From Camelus dromedarius (taxonomy: Eukaryota), in contig NC_087436.1 of assembly GCF_036321535.1 (NCBI RefSeq), forward strand, positions 15,748,001 through 15,812,000: a DNA stretch of 64,000 nt, read 5' to 3'. The notes below the pieces were generated by a model. The model ran no database searches, was not told where the DNA came from, and saw nothing but the letters and a program-made list of their open reading frames with translations. The position numbers and the translations under genes are program-made. Positions 38,981 to 53,019 of the stretch are shown in pieces. Position 1 is the stretch's first letter; the number at the start of each line of letters is the position of its first letter.

Positions 38981-39374
38981 AAAAGCAAAAACTACATGAT
39001 CATCTCAATACATGCAGAAAAAGCCTTGACAAAGTCCAACACCTTTTCATGATAGAAACAAACAGGAATAGAGAGGAAATACCTCAGCCTGATAAAGAGC
39101 ACCCATGAAAAGCCCACAGCCAAGAGTATACTTAAAGGTAAAAGACTGTATGATTCCCCTCAAAGTTCAGAATTAAGACAAGGAAGTCCATTCTTGCTAC
39201 TTCTACTCAATATTATGCTAGAGGGTCTAGCAGGGGAATTAGGCAAGAAAAAGAAATGAAAAGAATTAAGATTGGAAAGGAAGAAGTAAAGCCATATTCA
39301 CAGATGACATGATCTTATATAGAGAAAATCAAATGAAAAGCGCACACACACACACACACACACACACAATGAGA

Positions 39375-39937
39375 AGCAGCACTATTTACAATAGCCAAGG
39401 CAGGGAAACAACCTAAATGTCCATTGACAGATGACTGGATAAAGAAGTTGTGGTATATTTATACAATGGAATACTACTCAGTCAGAAAAAAGAATAAAAT
39501 AATGCCATTTGCAGCAACATGGATAGCCCTGGAGAATGTGATTCTAAATGACGTAAGCCAGAAAGAGAAAGAAAAATACCGTAAGATATCACTCATATGT
39601 GGAATCTAAAAAAAAAAAAAAAAAAGACAAACGAACTTATATATAAAACAGAAACAGACTCACAGACATAGAAAACAAACTTATGGTTACCAGTGGGAAA
39701 GGGGGTGGGAAGAGATAAACTGGGAGTTCAAGATTTGCAGATACTAACTGGTATATATAAAATAGATAAACAAATTTATACTGTATAGCACAGGGAACTA
39801 TATTTGATATCTTATAGTAGCTTACAGTGAAAAAGAATATGAAAACGAATATATGTATATTCATGTATAACTGAAGCACTATGCTGTACACCAGAAATTG
39901 ATACAACACCGTAAACTGACTATACCTCAAAAAAAAA
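39375..39937 (+). mobile_element. Young L1 3' end nested in the old L1
   Basis: DDWIKKLWYIYTMEYYS ORF2 end, 3' UTR, ends aactgactatacctc(A)n. Confidence 0.88.
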
Positions 39938-41496
39938 TTAAAGCTGTTACACTAATACAGTTATGTTGCAGAATGCAAGATTGATATACAAGAATCAATA
40001 TTTTTATACATTAGCGGTGATCTGTCAGAAAATGAAATTAAGAAACAATTCTACTTACAATGGCATCAAAAAGAATAAAATGCTTAGGAATAAATTTAAT
40101 AAAAGAAGTACAAAATAAATACATAAATAGAAATAAACCCATGTGTCTATGGTCAACTGATTTTCAAAATGATTACCAAGACCATTCAGTGGGGAAAGAA
40201 TAGTCTTTTCAGCAAATGATGCTGGGATAACTGGATAGTCACATGTGAAGGAATGAAGTTGGATCCTTATCTAATACCATATATAAAAATTAACTAAAAA
40301 TAGATCAAAAATCTAAATTTAATAGCTAAATTTGTACAACAGAAAATAATTGAAGTAAGTCCTCTTGACCTCAAATTTGACAATAGATTCTTAGTTGTGG
40401 CACCAAAAGTATGAACCAAAATGAAAAATAGACAAATTGGGTTTCATCAAAATTAAAAACTTTTCTGCTTCAAATGACACTATTAGTAAAGTGAAAAAAT
40501 AATCCACTGAATGGGAGAAAACATTTGCAAATCATATATTTGATAAGGGAATTGTATCTAGAATATATAGAAACTATCAACTCAGTATTAAAGACTGATA
40601 ATCCAATTAAAAATGGACAAAGGATCTGAGTAGACATTTCTCCAAAGAAGATATACAAATGGCCAAAAGAAGCATATGTAAAACTGAATTACATTGATAG
40701 TTATTAGGGAAATGCAAATCAAAATCACCATGAGATAATACTTCACACCCACTAGGATGGTAGTAATCAAAAAGTCAGATAATAACAAATATTGGTGAGG
40801 ATGCTGAGAAATCAGAACATTTTTACACTCACTGCTGGTAGGAATGTAAAATGGTGCAGTCACTTTGCAAAACAGATTGGCAGCTTTTCAAACTGTTAGA
40901 GTTTCCATATGATCTGGCAATTCCACTCCTGGGTATATAACCTAAAGAACTGAAAGCCAAAACTTGCTCACAAATATTCATAGGAGCACTGTTCACAATA
41001 GCCAAAAGGTGGGAATGACCCAAATGTACATCAACAGATAAATGGAGAAACAAAAGATGGTATATCCATGCAGTAGAATATTATTCATCCAACAAAAAAG
41101 AATGGTACATGCTACAACATAGAGAATCTTGTAAATATTTTGCTAAGCAAAAGAATCCAGACACAAAAGGCCAAATATGATTCCATTTATTGAAATAACC
41201 AGAGCTGGCAAATCCTTAAAGATGTAGAACTGATTAGTGATTCCCCAGGGCTGGGGGCAAGGGGAGAGAGAAATGAGGAATGACTGATAATGGGTACAAA
41301 ATTTCCTTTCAGGATGGTAAAAATATCCAGGAACTAGATAGTGGTGATGGTTGCATAACATTGCGAATACACTAAATGTCACTAACGGTTCATTTTTTTA
41401 GTATATTTTACCACAATAACAATGATGAAAACAAAACCCATTTACCTGCCATCCAGTTTAAGAAATAAAACATTTCTAATAAAAAAATGCTAACTT

Positions 41497-41640
41497 GGGG
41501 AGGGTATAGCTCAGTGGTAGAGCATGTGCTTAGCATGCTCGAGGTCCTGGGTTCAATCCCAGTACCTCCATTAAAATAAATAGATAAACAAACTAATTAC
41601 CCCCTCCAAATACAAAATAACAAAACAAAACCAAAAAGAA
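41497..41640 (+). mobile_element. Vic-1-like SINE
   Basis: GGGGAGGGTATAGCTCAGTGGTAGAG ... GGTCCTGGGTTCAATCCC; A-rich tail. Confidence 0.9.
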
Positions 41641-41691
41641 AGCAAACTGACTTCAACAATAAAAATGGATTTTTAAATGTTTTTAAACAAC

Positions 41692-42145
41692 TGTCAAAAA
41701 AATTAATCAGCCACTCTAAGAAAGAAAGAAATGGAAAATTTCATTTGAGTCAGGTTGAGGATTACAACCTGGAAATAGCCTCTCAAAAGCTCTGAGAACT
41801 GTCCCACCTGTTAAAGGCCAAAACAGTTATGTGAGCTTTTTTGAGACAGAGAGGGCTGTACGCTAATTGGCAGTTTACACAATCCAGATCTGCAAGTACC
41901 AAGTGGTGGGTCACTGTGACCTCTTATAAGATCAAAAAGGAATGTTATCTTTTAAAGAGTTGTCTTGTAGATATTAGGAGAATGTTGCTCTTCGTGGTTG
42001 AGCAGGTATTTCTGCCGATTGAGGGAGGTTTGGTCGATGCAAAATGCAGATACACAACGCACAGGAGAGTGGAAAGAGGCCAAACATAAAGATGTTTACT
42101 TAAAATTTTTCTTGTCCTGCCATAGAATATGAATTTTATTTCACA
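41692..42145 (-). mobile_element. Probable ERV1-class solo LTR (~454 bp)
   Basis: TG...CA termini; imperfect 4-bp flanks caac/aaac; composition distinct from surroundings. Confidence 0.6.
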
Positions 42146-43627
42146 AAACAAAAGCAAATTAGAAACTTTTCCTGCTTATAGTATGCCAAATACCAAAATA
42201 CACAGTTTATTGTTGGCTGTAGTGGGTTAACGGGGAGCCAAGGTAATTTATTGAGCAATGAAGTGACGCATTCAGAACTGTGCTTTAGGAAATCCATCTG
42301 GCATCACAAGCTTCACTGGAGAGAGATGGACTGAGGCACGAGGCCTCTTAGTGGTCTTGAGCCCCTTGAGGTTCTAAATTGGGCATGGTGGGAATGGAAA
42401 GAAACATAAAAGCCTGTATTTGCCCTTCTGTCTTTTATAGATCTACTGCACCTACAACCAGACTTCTGTTACAGCAAGAGTTAGCAGACCAGACTATACA
42501 TAGCAGCATCCTTCTAGATACAGGCATATCTAGAGTTTCCCCAAACAAAACATCAGGCCAGGAAATAGCAGGCAGCCTAGGACTTTTTGTTGTTGTTAAG
42601 CAAGGAGTTGACAGTGTTTGGTTTTTTTAGTCTATATCCAACTGGCCTCAGATAAGCAGCAACTGCCGTGTCCTGATCATTGTTTAGGCGAATCATACAT
42701 ATTTTCTCATTAGCTCACCTAATCCTCTTTACAGATTTGTGAAGTGAGTACTACTTAGGTCCAACTTATGGATGGGTAAACTGGGGTTCAGAGAGAATAA
42801 GAAATCTGTCCTTGAAGGTGAGGTGGGTTGGACTTCACACCTATCTCCAAAGCCTGTGTTCTCAAGAAGGAAAAAAAAAAAAAGTTGAAATTGAGAAGCA
42901 TGGTGTTTTTGATGCTCTAATCATGTGTCTCTTCTTTCAGAAGGGTCAGGGTAAACTTAACTGGCTTTCGGGAAGTTTGAACGTATTCATTTTAGTCAGT
43001 CCTTTGGGAACTCACAAAAAGATTTCTTTATGTACATCCCTTCCAAGATTTTAAGCTGTTGCATTATCATCTCAGAAAGATAAAGCCGCAGGGCAAGGTC
43101 ACACTCCTGAGGTTAGGGGTGAGAGCCCAAGGAGCTGGCCTTTTCCAGAGAGGAGGTGGGGCCTAGACGGCCAGGAGGGGGAACTGCAGGTATTTGGCTG
43201 GGAGTTACTCTATTATAGTTTTCTTGAGAATTTATTTTGAGGCCTTCCTGGGGGAAAAAAAAAAAGGATGACCTCTGCAGCTGGGAGGCAGCCAGGCCTA
43301 GGCACCAAAGCTGAAGATGAGTCTTATCTTAGCAAAAATCATCTAGGCTCATGTTACGCTTGTTGTCCATTTGCCTATTGTCATCCCTCAGCCTTTCGTA
43401 AAATCTTACTTAAATGTTTCAGCTTGACTTAATTAAGCCACAGGGAGTTAAGAGAGGAGCTCTTTCTACCTTAGACCAGAGGTTACAGAATCAAAGTTGG
43501 GGATAAAGCAGCCCAGCACTTCTCACCATTGTCCACTGGTGGTCTCCTGCCCTCCACTGTCTGCTCTGGATGAGCAGAGATGGATTTGTATTAAGGGACC
43601 CAGGGGCTCCTTATCCATTTACCATAG

Positions 43628-43871
43628 CACAATGTTTTCCAAACTGCAGGTCAGACCCATTAGTAGGTCATGGAATCAATTTAGTGAGTGTCAGTCAACA
43701 CTTGTTTTTAAATGAAATGGAATACAACTAGAATGTACTTAGTTTAACTATTGTTTTATGAGTTTCTGTTTCAGTTTTTTAAAAATATAAAATGGTGTGT
43801 GTGTGTTGGGCCATCATGTAAAATGTAATTCTTCCTGTGCATTATGATCAGAAAAGTTTGAATACCACTGC
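43628..43871. mobile_element. hAT-Charlie (Charlie4-like) DNA transposon remnant
   Basis: caatgttttccaaact ... gacccattagtaggtcatggaatcaatttagtg ... aagtttgaataccactg. Confidence 0.65.
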
Positions 43872-46519
43872 TACAAGTAGATGTCTTAATGGAATCAATT
43901 AGAGTAAGTCAAGGGGGAAAAAAATGGGTCCTTACATTTTGTTGTATTTTTCTTTCACTTTAGGATTTGTACCCTCAGAGGTTTTTCCCTTTAACACATA
44001 TAGAAAATAACCTTCCTTTAAAAAATTGGTTTGGGTGCTTTCATTCAGGAATTTTGCACTGTTTAATAGCTTGCAACTCTGTCAACACTTTTGTTTGGCC
44101 TGCCAGGAATGAAAAAGCAAATCTGCTAGTGAATTTGGGTGCCTGGAAATAGTGATCTTTGGTAGGACTTGAACTTCTTGAACTTCTTTACTTCTTTTAA
44201 GAATGAAAGTTATAGACCCTTTCTGGTTGCGTCTGTGGCACAGTTCACCCAGGCCTGCTTGTGGACAGGGACACTGTGACTCTTCACTTGTCACCCCTGG
44301 ATTGCTTGGTCTTTGCAGTCTTCATTGTGATGCTAGATAAGTGTCATTGTATAATTTAAATACCTGTCTTCCCAGGATCTAGACAGGTCACAGTGTCCCC
44401 TCTCACATCCCCTGCTCCCTTTAGTTCAATAATATTTATACCATTAATTCTAAACCTTAATCACACTGATTTACATGTGATTAAACTGTTTCACATGTGT
44501 GTGCTACCATTACTGTTAATTCATTTCTCTCCCAGGCAGTTTTCACCACTTTATAAGTTTGGTTTACAAGTTTATCGGATTTCTGTTTCCTTCCAAACCA
44601 TCACAGGAGGTCAGTAGTACCTCGGTTATGATTCATAGCTTGGGTGAAGAAAAATATTCTTTACCAAAACGATGTGCAAAAAAGATTAAGTAATATATCT
44701 CTAGTGGTATCTGTCAATAATTATAACTTATAATAACTTACAGACAATATAAGGGGAAACTGAGGAAATCCCAACAAAAGCAAAATATCAGTATAAATAG
44801 TGGCTCTGACATCAGTCCAGTCCAGATGACCAATCATGGTTATTCTATTCCCTTGTCAGTCATTGGATCCAGATTAGGCGTGTGACCACTTGTGCCAGTG
44901 TTCTTAGAAATACTTCCTCACTCCTAAGAGTGGTCTTCTTTCTCAAGATATTGGCTTGTCTGGGTTATGATGCCCCAAATTTTTGCTGTCATCTTTCCCT
45001 TGCCTGAGGACGAAACTGTTGTCTGAAGGATGACAGATTAAAGGATAAAAAAGTCTTGGATCATTTGTGTTATTGTAATGCAATGGCATCTATCAACCTT
45101 GCCCTACCTCTGAACTTTCTTGTTGTATGACACAATATATTTCCTTATTGTTTGAATATTATTCACAGTGTGAATGGGTTTTATTAATTATTTGCAGCAA
45201 ACCATTCTAATGATCTACTGAATGTCAGTGCCACTTGGTAACACTGATTTTCCCTGGATGCTGGTAAAATGCTTTATTCGACTCATCCTGATTTTCTAGC
45301 AAAGTTAGAGAATCCTCTGGGGAATATATTATACATGGCTCCAAAATTTTAGAAATTCCCCCAGGTACCCAGCTCTCAATGTCTTGTCAGGATTAGTTTA
45401 TGTCAAAAACTGCTCTTCTCTTCCTTTCAGCCTGGTACTCCACTGACCTCCACTGCAAACTCAGGCCAGGTTTGAGAATTTAATTCTTTCCTTAACAGGA
45501 AGCATTTAAAAGTTCCCAGGTATTAAGATGCCATGCACTCTTTGTGCCATTATCTATTACTTAAACTCTGCTTAAGTTCTGAACTCTTTTGATGGACTGC
45601 TTGACTAGGGTTCTGGCTCCATATGGCCTTTCTTCTTGCCTGTTACTGACACACATTGAAGAGCTTACTTCCAAGTTTACCTTTACCAGCTCCCCTGTTG
45701 TTTAAATCTCCCTGCCTCCCTGAATTCCATACTCATTCCTTCTCTGACTTCCAGGGTCTTCAAGGTTCTTTAAAGCATGGTAAAATATATTTACAAGATG
45801 AAAATGAATAGCCCAAAGTACATTGGAGAAGTCTTTTAGCAGGAGTGACTACAATAGTGAATCGTAGTTTCTTATGCTCATTTTCCTTCTTAAGGAGAAT
45901 TTATAAGCTGTTACCTTTGTATGCTCTGCGTGAACTATTGTAAAAGTTTCAGATGTGTATTAAATTTAGTTTTGTTAACTACCAAAGATTCCAAAGAGAG
46001 AGGAGAAATTAATCAGAAAAGTTTATTTCAAGAGCAACTTTTGTTAATTAAATATTATTAGTGATGATTCAGTATATCAAGTTAATAACTTCTGTGATAC
46101 AGCTATATGTCATTTATAGGCACCAACCCATTAACTTGAGTAATCAATTCTGATTTTGCTTCAGTTCCACTTAGTCAGGTTTAGTGATAAGCCAAGACTT
46201 TTCTCTGGCTTGTGTTTATAAAATAGTTTCTTGAAATCTGCTTTATGTGCCTGTACACATGTGAAAAGAAGTCAAAATATGTTACAGAGCCTTTTTTCTT
46301 ATATATTAACCATGTGAAATTTAATTTCCTACCCATCAAAATATTCTTCCTTTTAATTAATTATCAATTAGGTTCTCTTATACTTTTCATAATGCACTCT
46401 TGAATTACTTTCCCACCTGCTATACAATTCTATGAAACTATTCATTATGTGTTAGGAAAACATTATTCTGGATCCAGATCTCCAAAGACTTTTTAAAAAA
46501 GCAATTTGTCATTGCTTTT

Positions 46520-47850
46520 TATTTTAAAAAAATTTTGTGCTTCAAATGACACTATCAAGAAAGTAAAAAGACATCCCAAAGAATGGGAGAAAATTTTTGT
46601 AAATCATAAATCTGATAAGGGATTTGTATCCAGAATATATAAAGAATTCTTACACTTAAAGACAAATAACCCAATTAAAATGGGCAAAGGATTCACATAG
46701 ACATTTCTCTAAAGAAGATGCACAAATGACCAATAAGCATGTGAAAATACACTCAACATTAGTCATCATTAGGGAAATACAAATCAAAACCACAATGAGA
46801 TACCACGTCACACCTACTAGAATAAATGGTTATAATAAAAGAGATAGACAATAGCAAGTGTTGGTGAAGATTTTGAGAAATCAGAATCCTAATATATTGC
46901 TGACAGTATTGTAAAATGGTGCAGCCATTTGGGAAATCAGATTGACAGTTCCTCGAATTATTAGATGAGTTATTATATGAGCTAGTAATTCTACTTCTAG
47001 GTATGTATCCAAGAGAACCAAAAACGTGTCCACACAAAACTTGTCCACAAGTGTTCCTAGCAGCATTATTCATAAGAGCAAAAAAGTGGGAACAAACATA
47101 TGCCTGTCAACTAATGAATGGATAAACTAAATGTGGTATTTCCACACATTGGAATATTACTGGGTCATGTTAGAGACTGAATCTTTGTGTCCACCCCTCG
47201 CAAACTGATAGGTTGAAGCCCTTATCCTCAGTGTGACAGTCTTAGGAAGTGGGGCCTTTGAGAGGTAATTAGATTTAGATGAAGTTGTGAGAGTAGAGCC
47301 CCCATGATGGGAGTAGTGTCCTTATAAGAAAACGAACAGACACTAGAGCATGCTCTCTCCACTAAAGCTGGCTGATTGCAAGCCCAGGAAGAGGGCCTTC
47401 ACCAAAAAGTAAATCTGCCAGCATCCTGATCTTGGACTTCACAGCTTCCAAAACTATGAAAATTAAGTGTCTGTTGTTTAAGGAACCCAGTCTATGGTAT
47501 TTTGTTATGACACTCTGAGGTGACTAAGACAGGTTGCGAAATGGATGAAGTATTGATACAGGCTGCACATGGATGAACCTTGAAAACACTATGTTAAGTG
47601 AAAAAAGCCAGACACAAAAGGCCACAAGCTGTATGACATTTCCAGAACAGGTAAATTCACTGAGTTAAAAAATAGATTCGTGTTTGCCAGGTGTGTGGGG
47701 AGACAGAGAAACAAGAAGTAACTGCTAATGAATATGGGATTTCTTTTAGGGGGTGATAAAAAGGTTCTCAAATTAGGTAATGATGATGGTCCATAACTCT
47801 GAGTATACTAAAATTACTGAATTGTATGATATGTGAATTATGTCTCAGTA
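46520..47850 (+). mobile_element. L1MB-like 3' fragment with nested LTR
   Basis: KKFCASNDTIKKVKRHPKEWEKIF ORF2 piece; 3' end atgtgaattatgtctcagtaaaa. Confidence 0.88.
47168..47531 (+). mobile_element. MLT1A-like MaLR solo LTR nested in L1
   Basis: TG...CA; gactgaat..ttgtgtcc, gtggggcctttgagaggtaattag, cccagtctatggtattttgttat, gactaagaca. Confidence 0.85.
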
Positions 47851-47865
47851 AAAAAGCAATTCAAT

Positions 47866-48042
47866 GGGGAGGGTATAGCTCAGTGGTAGAGTGCATGCCT
47901 AGCATGCGTGAGGTCCTAGGTTCAATCCCCAGTACTGCCATTAAAAAAATTAATAAATAACTATACTTCAATAAAAAAAAGAATGTAAATTAGAGAAATA
48001 AATAAACCTAATTACCTCCCCTGCAAAAAAAAATTTTTTCAA
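47866..48042 (+). mobile_element. Vic-1-like SINE with a 36-nt internal insertion
   Basis: SINE head; TSD aaaaaagcaattcaat at 47850-47865 and 48043-48058. Confidence 0.9.
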
Positions 48043-49217
48043 AAAAAAGCAATTCAATTTTCTATTCAGGTTCTGTTATTGTACTGTAACAAAATTTTAA
48101 TTCTAGAAGTAAGTTTAGAATCAAAGCAAGAAGTATATAGAAAAATATGACTAACAACAGCGATGAATCATATCCAGATTCACATTTTACACTCTTAAAT
48201 ATTTTCCCCATGATTTACACACTTATTTGTTTTTTCCTTACTGTTCTCTGCATTGAAACAACAAGTTAGCTACCTCTGGAGATCTCTCTAAATGTCCTTG
48301 AGGTGGTGATGGGTGCAATTAAAATAATAGCATATTTATTGCCACTGACTAGGGGTGGAGTCACAATTAGCACTCATATTTAATTTGTGCCAGCCAATTT
48401 GTTTCCAGCCTGTCAAAGAGATTTCAAAAGGAACAAAGTGTAAGTTGTCCAGAGAATTCAGTCTCTGTCTCTTTTTTTAAGTAAGACTTTTTAAAAGGGA
48501 GACATTTAGGTTCCAATTAAATTTTTCATTTATTAAATTTGTCACCATTCCTTATTAAGTGTAGATGAGAGTCCCATAGATAATGAATCATGGAAGAAGG
48601 TCAAATGAATTTATGAAAAGATGCTCAACCTTACCAAAAATTAAGGAAGTATACATTAATATAATAAAGAGAAGTTATATTCTGATTATAATTTTAAATA
48701 TGTATACCTTCTGATGCTGCAATTCCATTTCAAAGAATCTATCTTAGAGAAATATTTTCACAAGTGTGTGAAGATGTGATCATAAGAATAGTCACTGAAA
48801 GTTTACTCATTATGATAAAAATTAAAAACAACCCATTAATCCATTAAAGGGGCAACAGAAAACCGTGTAATATTCCAAGATTCCTCATTAGATGAAAAAA
48901 GAAAGTGGTTTAAATAATGTGTATTGGATGAATAATGCAATTGCATTTCTCTAAAATTAATATTTATATGATTTTATATAATCTGAGTACATAATAGATG
49001 CTCAGTAAATATTCAGGTTAGGTTAGAATTAATTAATATGTGGGTTAAAATATGCATTTAAAACCTAGAGGTTTGTGCAAAAAACCATCAGATTTCTCCT
49101 AGGAGTGATTATAGTTAACTTTTATTTTCTGAAATATACATTTCTGAAATATTTGAACTTCTCGTTTAGATTATACATTTTATAATCCAAACGATGACAT
49201 TTAAAAAAAATGAATGA

Positions 49218-49490
49218 TTTTAGGGCAGTGAAAATACTCTTATCTGGTATTATAATGATAGATTTATGTCATTATACTTTTGTCCAAACCCATAGAATGT
49301 ACAAAACCAGGATTGAACCCTAAGGTAAACTGCAGGCTTTAGGTGATTATGTGTTAATGTAGGTTCATCTGTGGTAAAAATGTAGCATTCTAGTGGATGG
49401 TATTGATAATAGGAGTGGCTATGCATGTGCAGGGTGAGGGGTATATTATTTTATTACAAACCTGAAACTGCTCTAAAAAACAACTATCTT
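49218..49490 (+). mobile_element. L1MC-like 3' end fragment
   Basis: ttttagggcagtgaaaatact ... gtccaaacccatagaatgtaca; 16-bp TSD taaaaaaaatgaatga at 49202-49217 and 49491-49506. Confidence 0.8.
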
Positions 49491-50904
49491 TAAAAAAAAT
49501 GAATGAAAATTCCCAAGTATAGCTGTGGACCAGCGCCCAGATGCACACTTCATTTGCCTATGCTTCCCTTCTCTACTTTGAAATTGAAATTATCAGAAAA
49601 GAGACTGGGAACAGTAGGAAATTCACTGAATCAGAAACTTTGAAGTCTGAAAGAAACTTTGGTCCAGCCACTTCCTTTCACAGACCAGTAACCAAGATAT
49701 AGAGAAATCAATAACTGGTGTAAGGTCACACCATAGAGGCACCACCATGTCAGGAGTCCAGGTCATCTGACTCTTAATAAAATAATTCTTCCTGTTGAAG
49801 AAAAAGATACAAATTTGAAAGCTCTTTATTTCTCCCACTTATCAAAAACTTACATGATTTGATTTTGATTGGATTTCTGAATCAAACCAGTGATTCCTAA
49901 CTTGAAATGCATTCCCTTAATTTACAGTACACAGCTGTACTATGCTACTAAAAATAGCCATTCAAAAGATGTTTATTTCATATTTTGCAAAACCAGTACA
50001 ACACGCTTACAACATTTAAAGATGTCATTTTATTCATATTTATTTTTAGGTGCTCTTTTCTCTGTAAAGGGAAAAGGAATTATTTAGAAACTGAAGGAGA
50101 CAAGATTATAACATGAAATATATTTTTTAACTGCTTATTTTTTAAATGTAATGAAATATGCTGTCTCTTTAGTCTAAAAATTAATTGTATAATTTTTTTT
50201 CTTTGTATGTTCTCTTTATACACTAAAACCCTTTAATTAGAAAGCAAATGAGAAGAACAAAATCTCTAAGTGGGGATTATATGTAATGTTAATTTTATTT
50301 TAACTGGTTTAGAAAAATAAGATTTTTTATCATAAATAACAGTGGCTTTAAGTAACTCAAAGAAATAGAAAGTAGAATAGACATGAACTCCTGTTTAGTT
50401 CTTGCAAGGCTTGGGTATTCAGACATTGAAAAGGCCCGTGGAAACCAACGCAGATATAATAGTTTATTTATAGTCATCCTGTATTAATTTAATAAAGAAT
50501 GTTTATCAAGTTTTATAAGAACTCTGAGGCTTAATAAGACAAGACATTACACTTACTCACAATACTACTTTAAACCCCCTAGCCCTCAGGAAATACCACA
50601 GGAGTTACTGAAAGTAAATTGATGGACATCTGAAAAATGTGTCTTCAAAGCCTCCCTCTTCTCTAACAGGGATTTAAATTATAGTATATAGGGGGTAACT
50701 TTTAAAAATATGTTAGAGACAAATTAAATGTCAGAGATAATTCCTGTCCTTAAGGTCAAAAGATTAAGTGCAAAATCAATGGCTTTGTAAAACAAACAAA
50801 CAGAAACTTTGTGTTTTAATTGACTAGACGTTTAACATGAACCATTGGCATGAAACCATTATGCAATCTTAGGCTGCATTTGTAAAGAGATGGGTGTTCA
50901 CAAC

Positions 50905-51568
50905 TGAAATAGGCAGTCTTAGTGCCTCCTGCTCCTGATGTTCAATGTGTATGTATAATCCTGTGGGCTGGACCAAGTGACTCAATTCTAACAAGCAGGG
51001 TATGGCAGAAGTGATGGGATGCTCCCTCTGAGATTGTATTATAAAGAAGAGCAAGGAATTTGTCAGTTCTGTTCATTAAGTATCCCCCATGTCTAGAGAA
51101 TTGGCTGATACGTTTCCAATAACCAATAAATACCTGTGGAATTTTTTTAAAAGAAAAGAAAGAAGGAAAGAAACTGATCCTCTCCCTCCCTCTCTCTCTC
51201 CCTCTCCCCTCTTCCCTACAATCACTTGCCCTGGAGTGAGCAAACTTTCATGATGCATCATGATGTAAGCAGTCCTACAGAGAGACCTATGTGATGTAAT
51301 GAGGAACTGAGGCCCTCTATCCAATATCCCAGGAGAAAGCTGAGCTTGCTAACAACTACATGAGTGAGTTTACAAGAGATCCTTCAGCCCTAGTTGAGTA
51401 TTGAGATGACTACAGCCCCAGTCAATGAGAGAATTTGAGCCAGAATCACTCAGGTAAACCCTGTCCAAATTTCCTGGCCCACAGAATTGTGAGTTAATAA
51501 ATGTTTGTTGCTGTTTAAAACTGTTGAATTTGGGGGTATTGCTTATGCAGAAATGGGTAACTAATTCA
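50905..51568 (+). mobile_element. MaLR (MLT1E/F-like) LTR
   Basis: tatggcagaagtgatgggatg, gaggaactgaggcc, cccacagaattgtgagttaataaatgtttgttg. Confidence 0.75.
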
Positions 51569-53019
51569 AGGACAATGAAGTGCTAGTAATGTGGAACTCA
51601 GTACCCAGATCACATCTAGAACATTTATATTCTTTAGTTCTGGGTGCTACCCAGCATGTTGATAATCTGGAGTATATCCAGGGAAGGGCTATAAGGATTG
51701 TGAAGGAGCTAGAAACCACGTTATACAAGGAATCTTTGAGTGAACTAGGGCATCAGGGTGGGGAAAAAAAGTAAATTGAGGGAGGAATTTGATAGCTACC
51801 CTCATATATCGCAAGATCCTGTGGAAGAGCTACTAGAATTCTGGAACTTAAGATCTGAAAGAGGTATTCATGGTCCAACCTCCTCATTTTACAGATCAGA
51901 TGGTGTAATGAAGCTCAGAGTGGTCATGATTCTGACCTAACATCACATGGCAAGTTACTCGCCGACCTGAGAATATAACTCAATGTCTGAGTCAAAGGCA
52001 GTTGTGCTTTTTGTTGTTCCAGGGATTTATGAATAGAGGATATAGGAAGGGCAACTTTAACAACTTGTGAGAAAGAATTTTCTAGCAGTTAGAGCTCTTT
52101 AACAATGCAGTGGACTGCTGTGTGGTGTAGTGAGTTCTCTGATACTGGAAATGGTTAAAATAAATGGCCGGGGTACCTGCTTAAACATCAGGTAGAGTTG
52201 GATTACTTCCAAACTTCCAGTCAACTCTAACATATGATTCCATATTCATTTTAAGGTTAAAAAGAATGTAAAACAAACCAATATTTACCATGGCAATAAA
52301 AAAGAATTCTAGAATCTTAAAAGCAAAACAAAACTCACTTTATAGAAATAAACAATACATTTCCATTAAAGAATACCAGAATAAAATGTAGGCACAATAA
52401 TCACTGTCAAAACAAGAGTAGAGCTCTGAAAACAAAAAATTTTACCTTTCGAGAAATAAAAACGGAAGAGAAGAGCATATATTTTTAGATTTGGATTATT
52501 TGTTGAAATGGAAATGGACATGGCTGTGAAATAGACCCTGTGAAGTGGGGTGAAGAACATATTCTTGTCCTTTTAGCATTATAATGAACAGGTTTTGGAG
52601 TTACCAGTGTAGGACAGTGGGTAATCATTGTAGAAATTCTGTGTATAATTTTCTCTAAAGATAATTAAAAATCAGAAGACAGATAGGCTAAGAGATAATC
52701 CCTACAATTAAAGTGCTATGCAGACAGTACCAGCATGTACCACCAGCACTTTAACACCCACAATGAGACAACAAAGACTTAAGCAGCTCAACTGGAGCAA
52801 AGATTGCAAATTGCACTTAGCAATTATGTAAGAAGTGCCTTTTTTTAAAGAACAATTGTGAATGTTTTTTTCATTTACCAGATCCTCAGGAATAAAAAAA
52901 AAAAAAGGTCACACTCTAATTCAGGTTGCTTTTTAGGTATAATTATCTTTCACCATAAAACACTTTGCTAACTAAGGAAGCATTCTTTAGAAATAAATTT
53001 ACAGCATTTATAAACCCAG

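Larger units (their letters stand above)
35400..41420 (+). mobile_element. Old L1 (ORF2 endonuclease through 3' UTR, L1MB-like) interrupted by younger insertions
   Basis: Colinear degenerate ORF2 pieces at ~35400-37142, 38981-39340 and 39940-41420 (e.g. ggcccagatggcttcactggtgaattctacc; atgatcatctcaatacatgcagaaaaagc); ends gtatattttaccacaat. Confidence 0.9.

Noticed and set aside
35400..41420. Possible active or domesticated L1 ORF2
   Set aside because: Many stops and frameshifts, nested insertions and an internal deletion near 40115.
41497..41570. tRNA-like sequences (also at 3501, 38890, 47866, 56152)
   Set aside because: They have a shared non-tRNA body, A-rich tails and, in several copies, TSDs, so they are SINE heads rather than tRNA genes.
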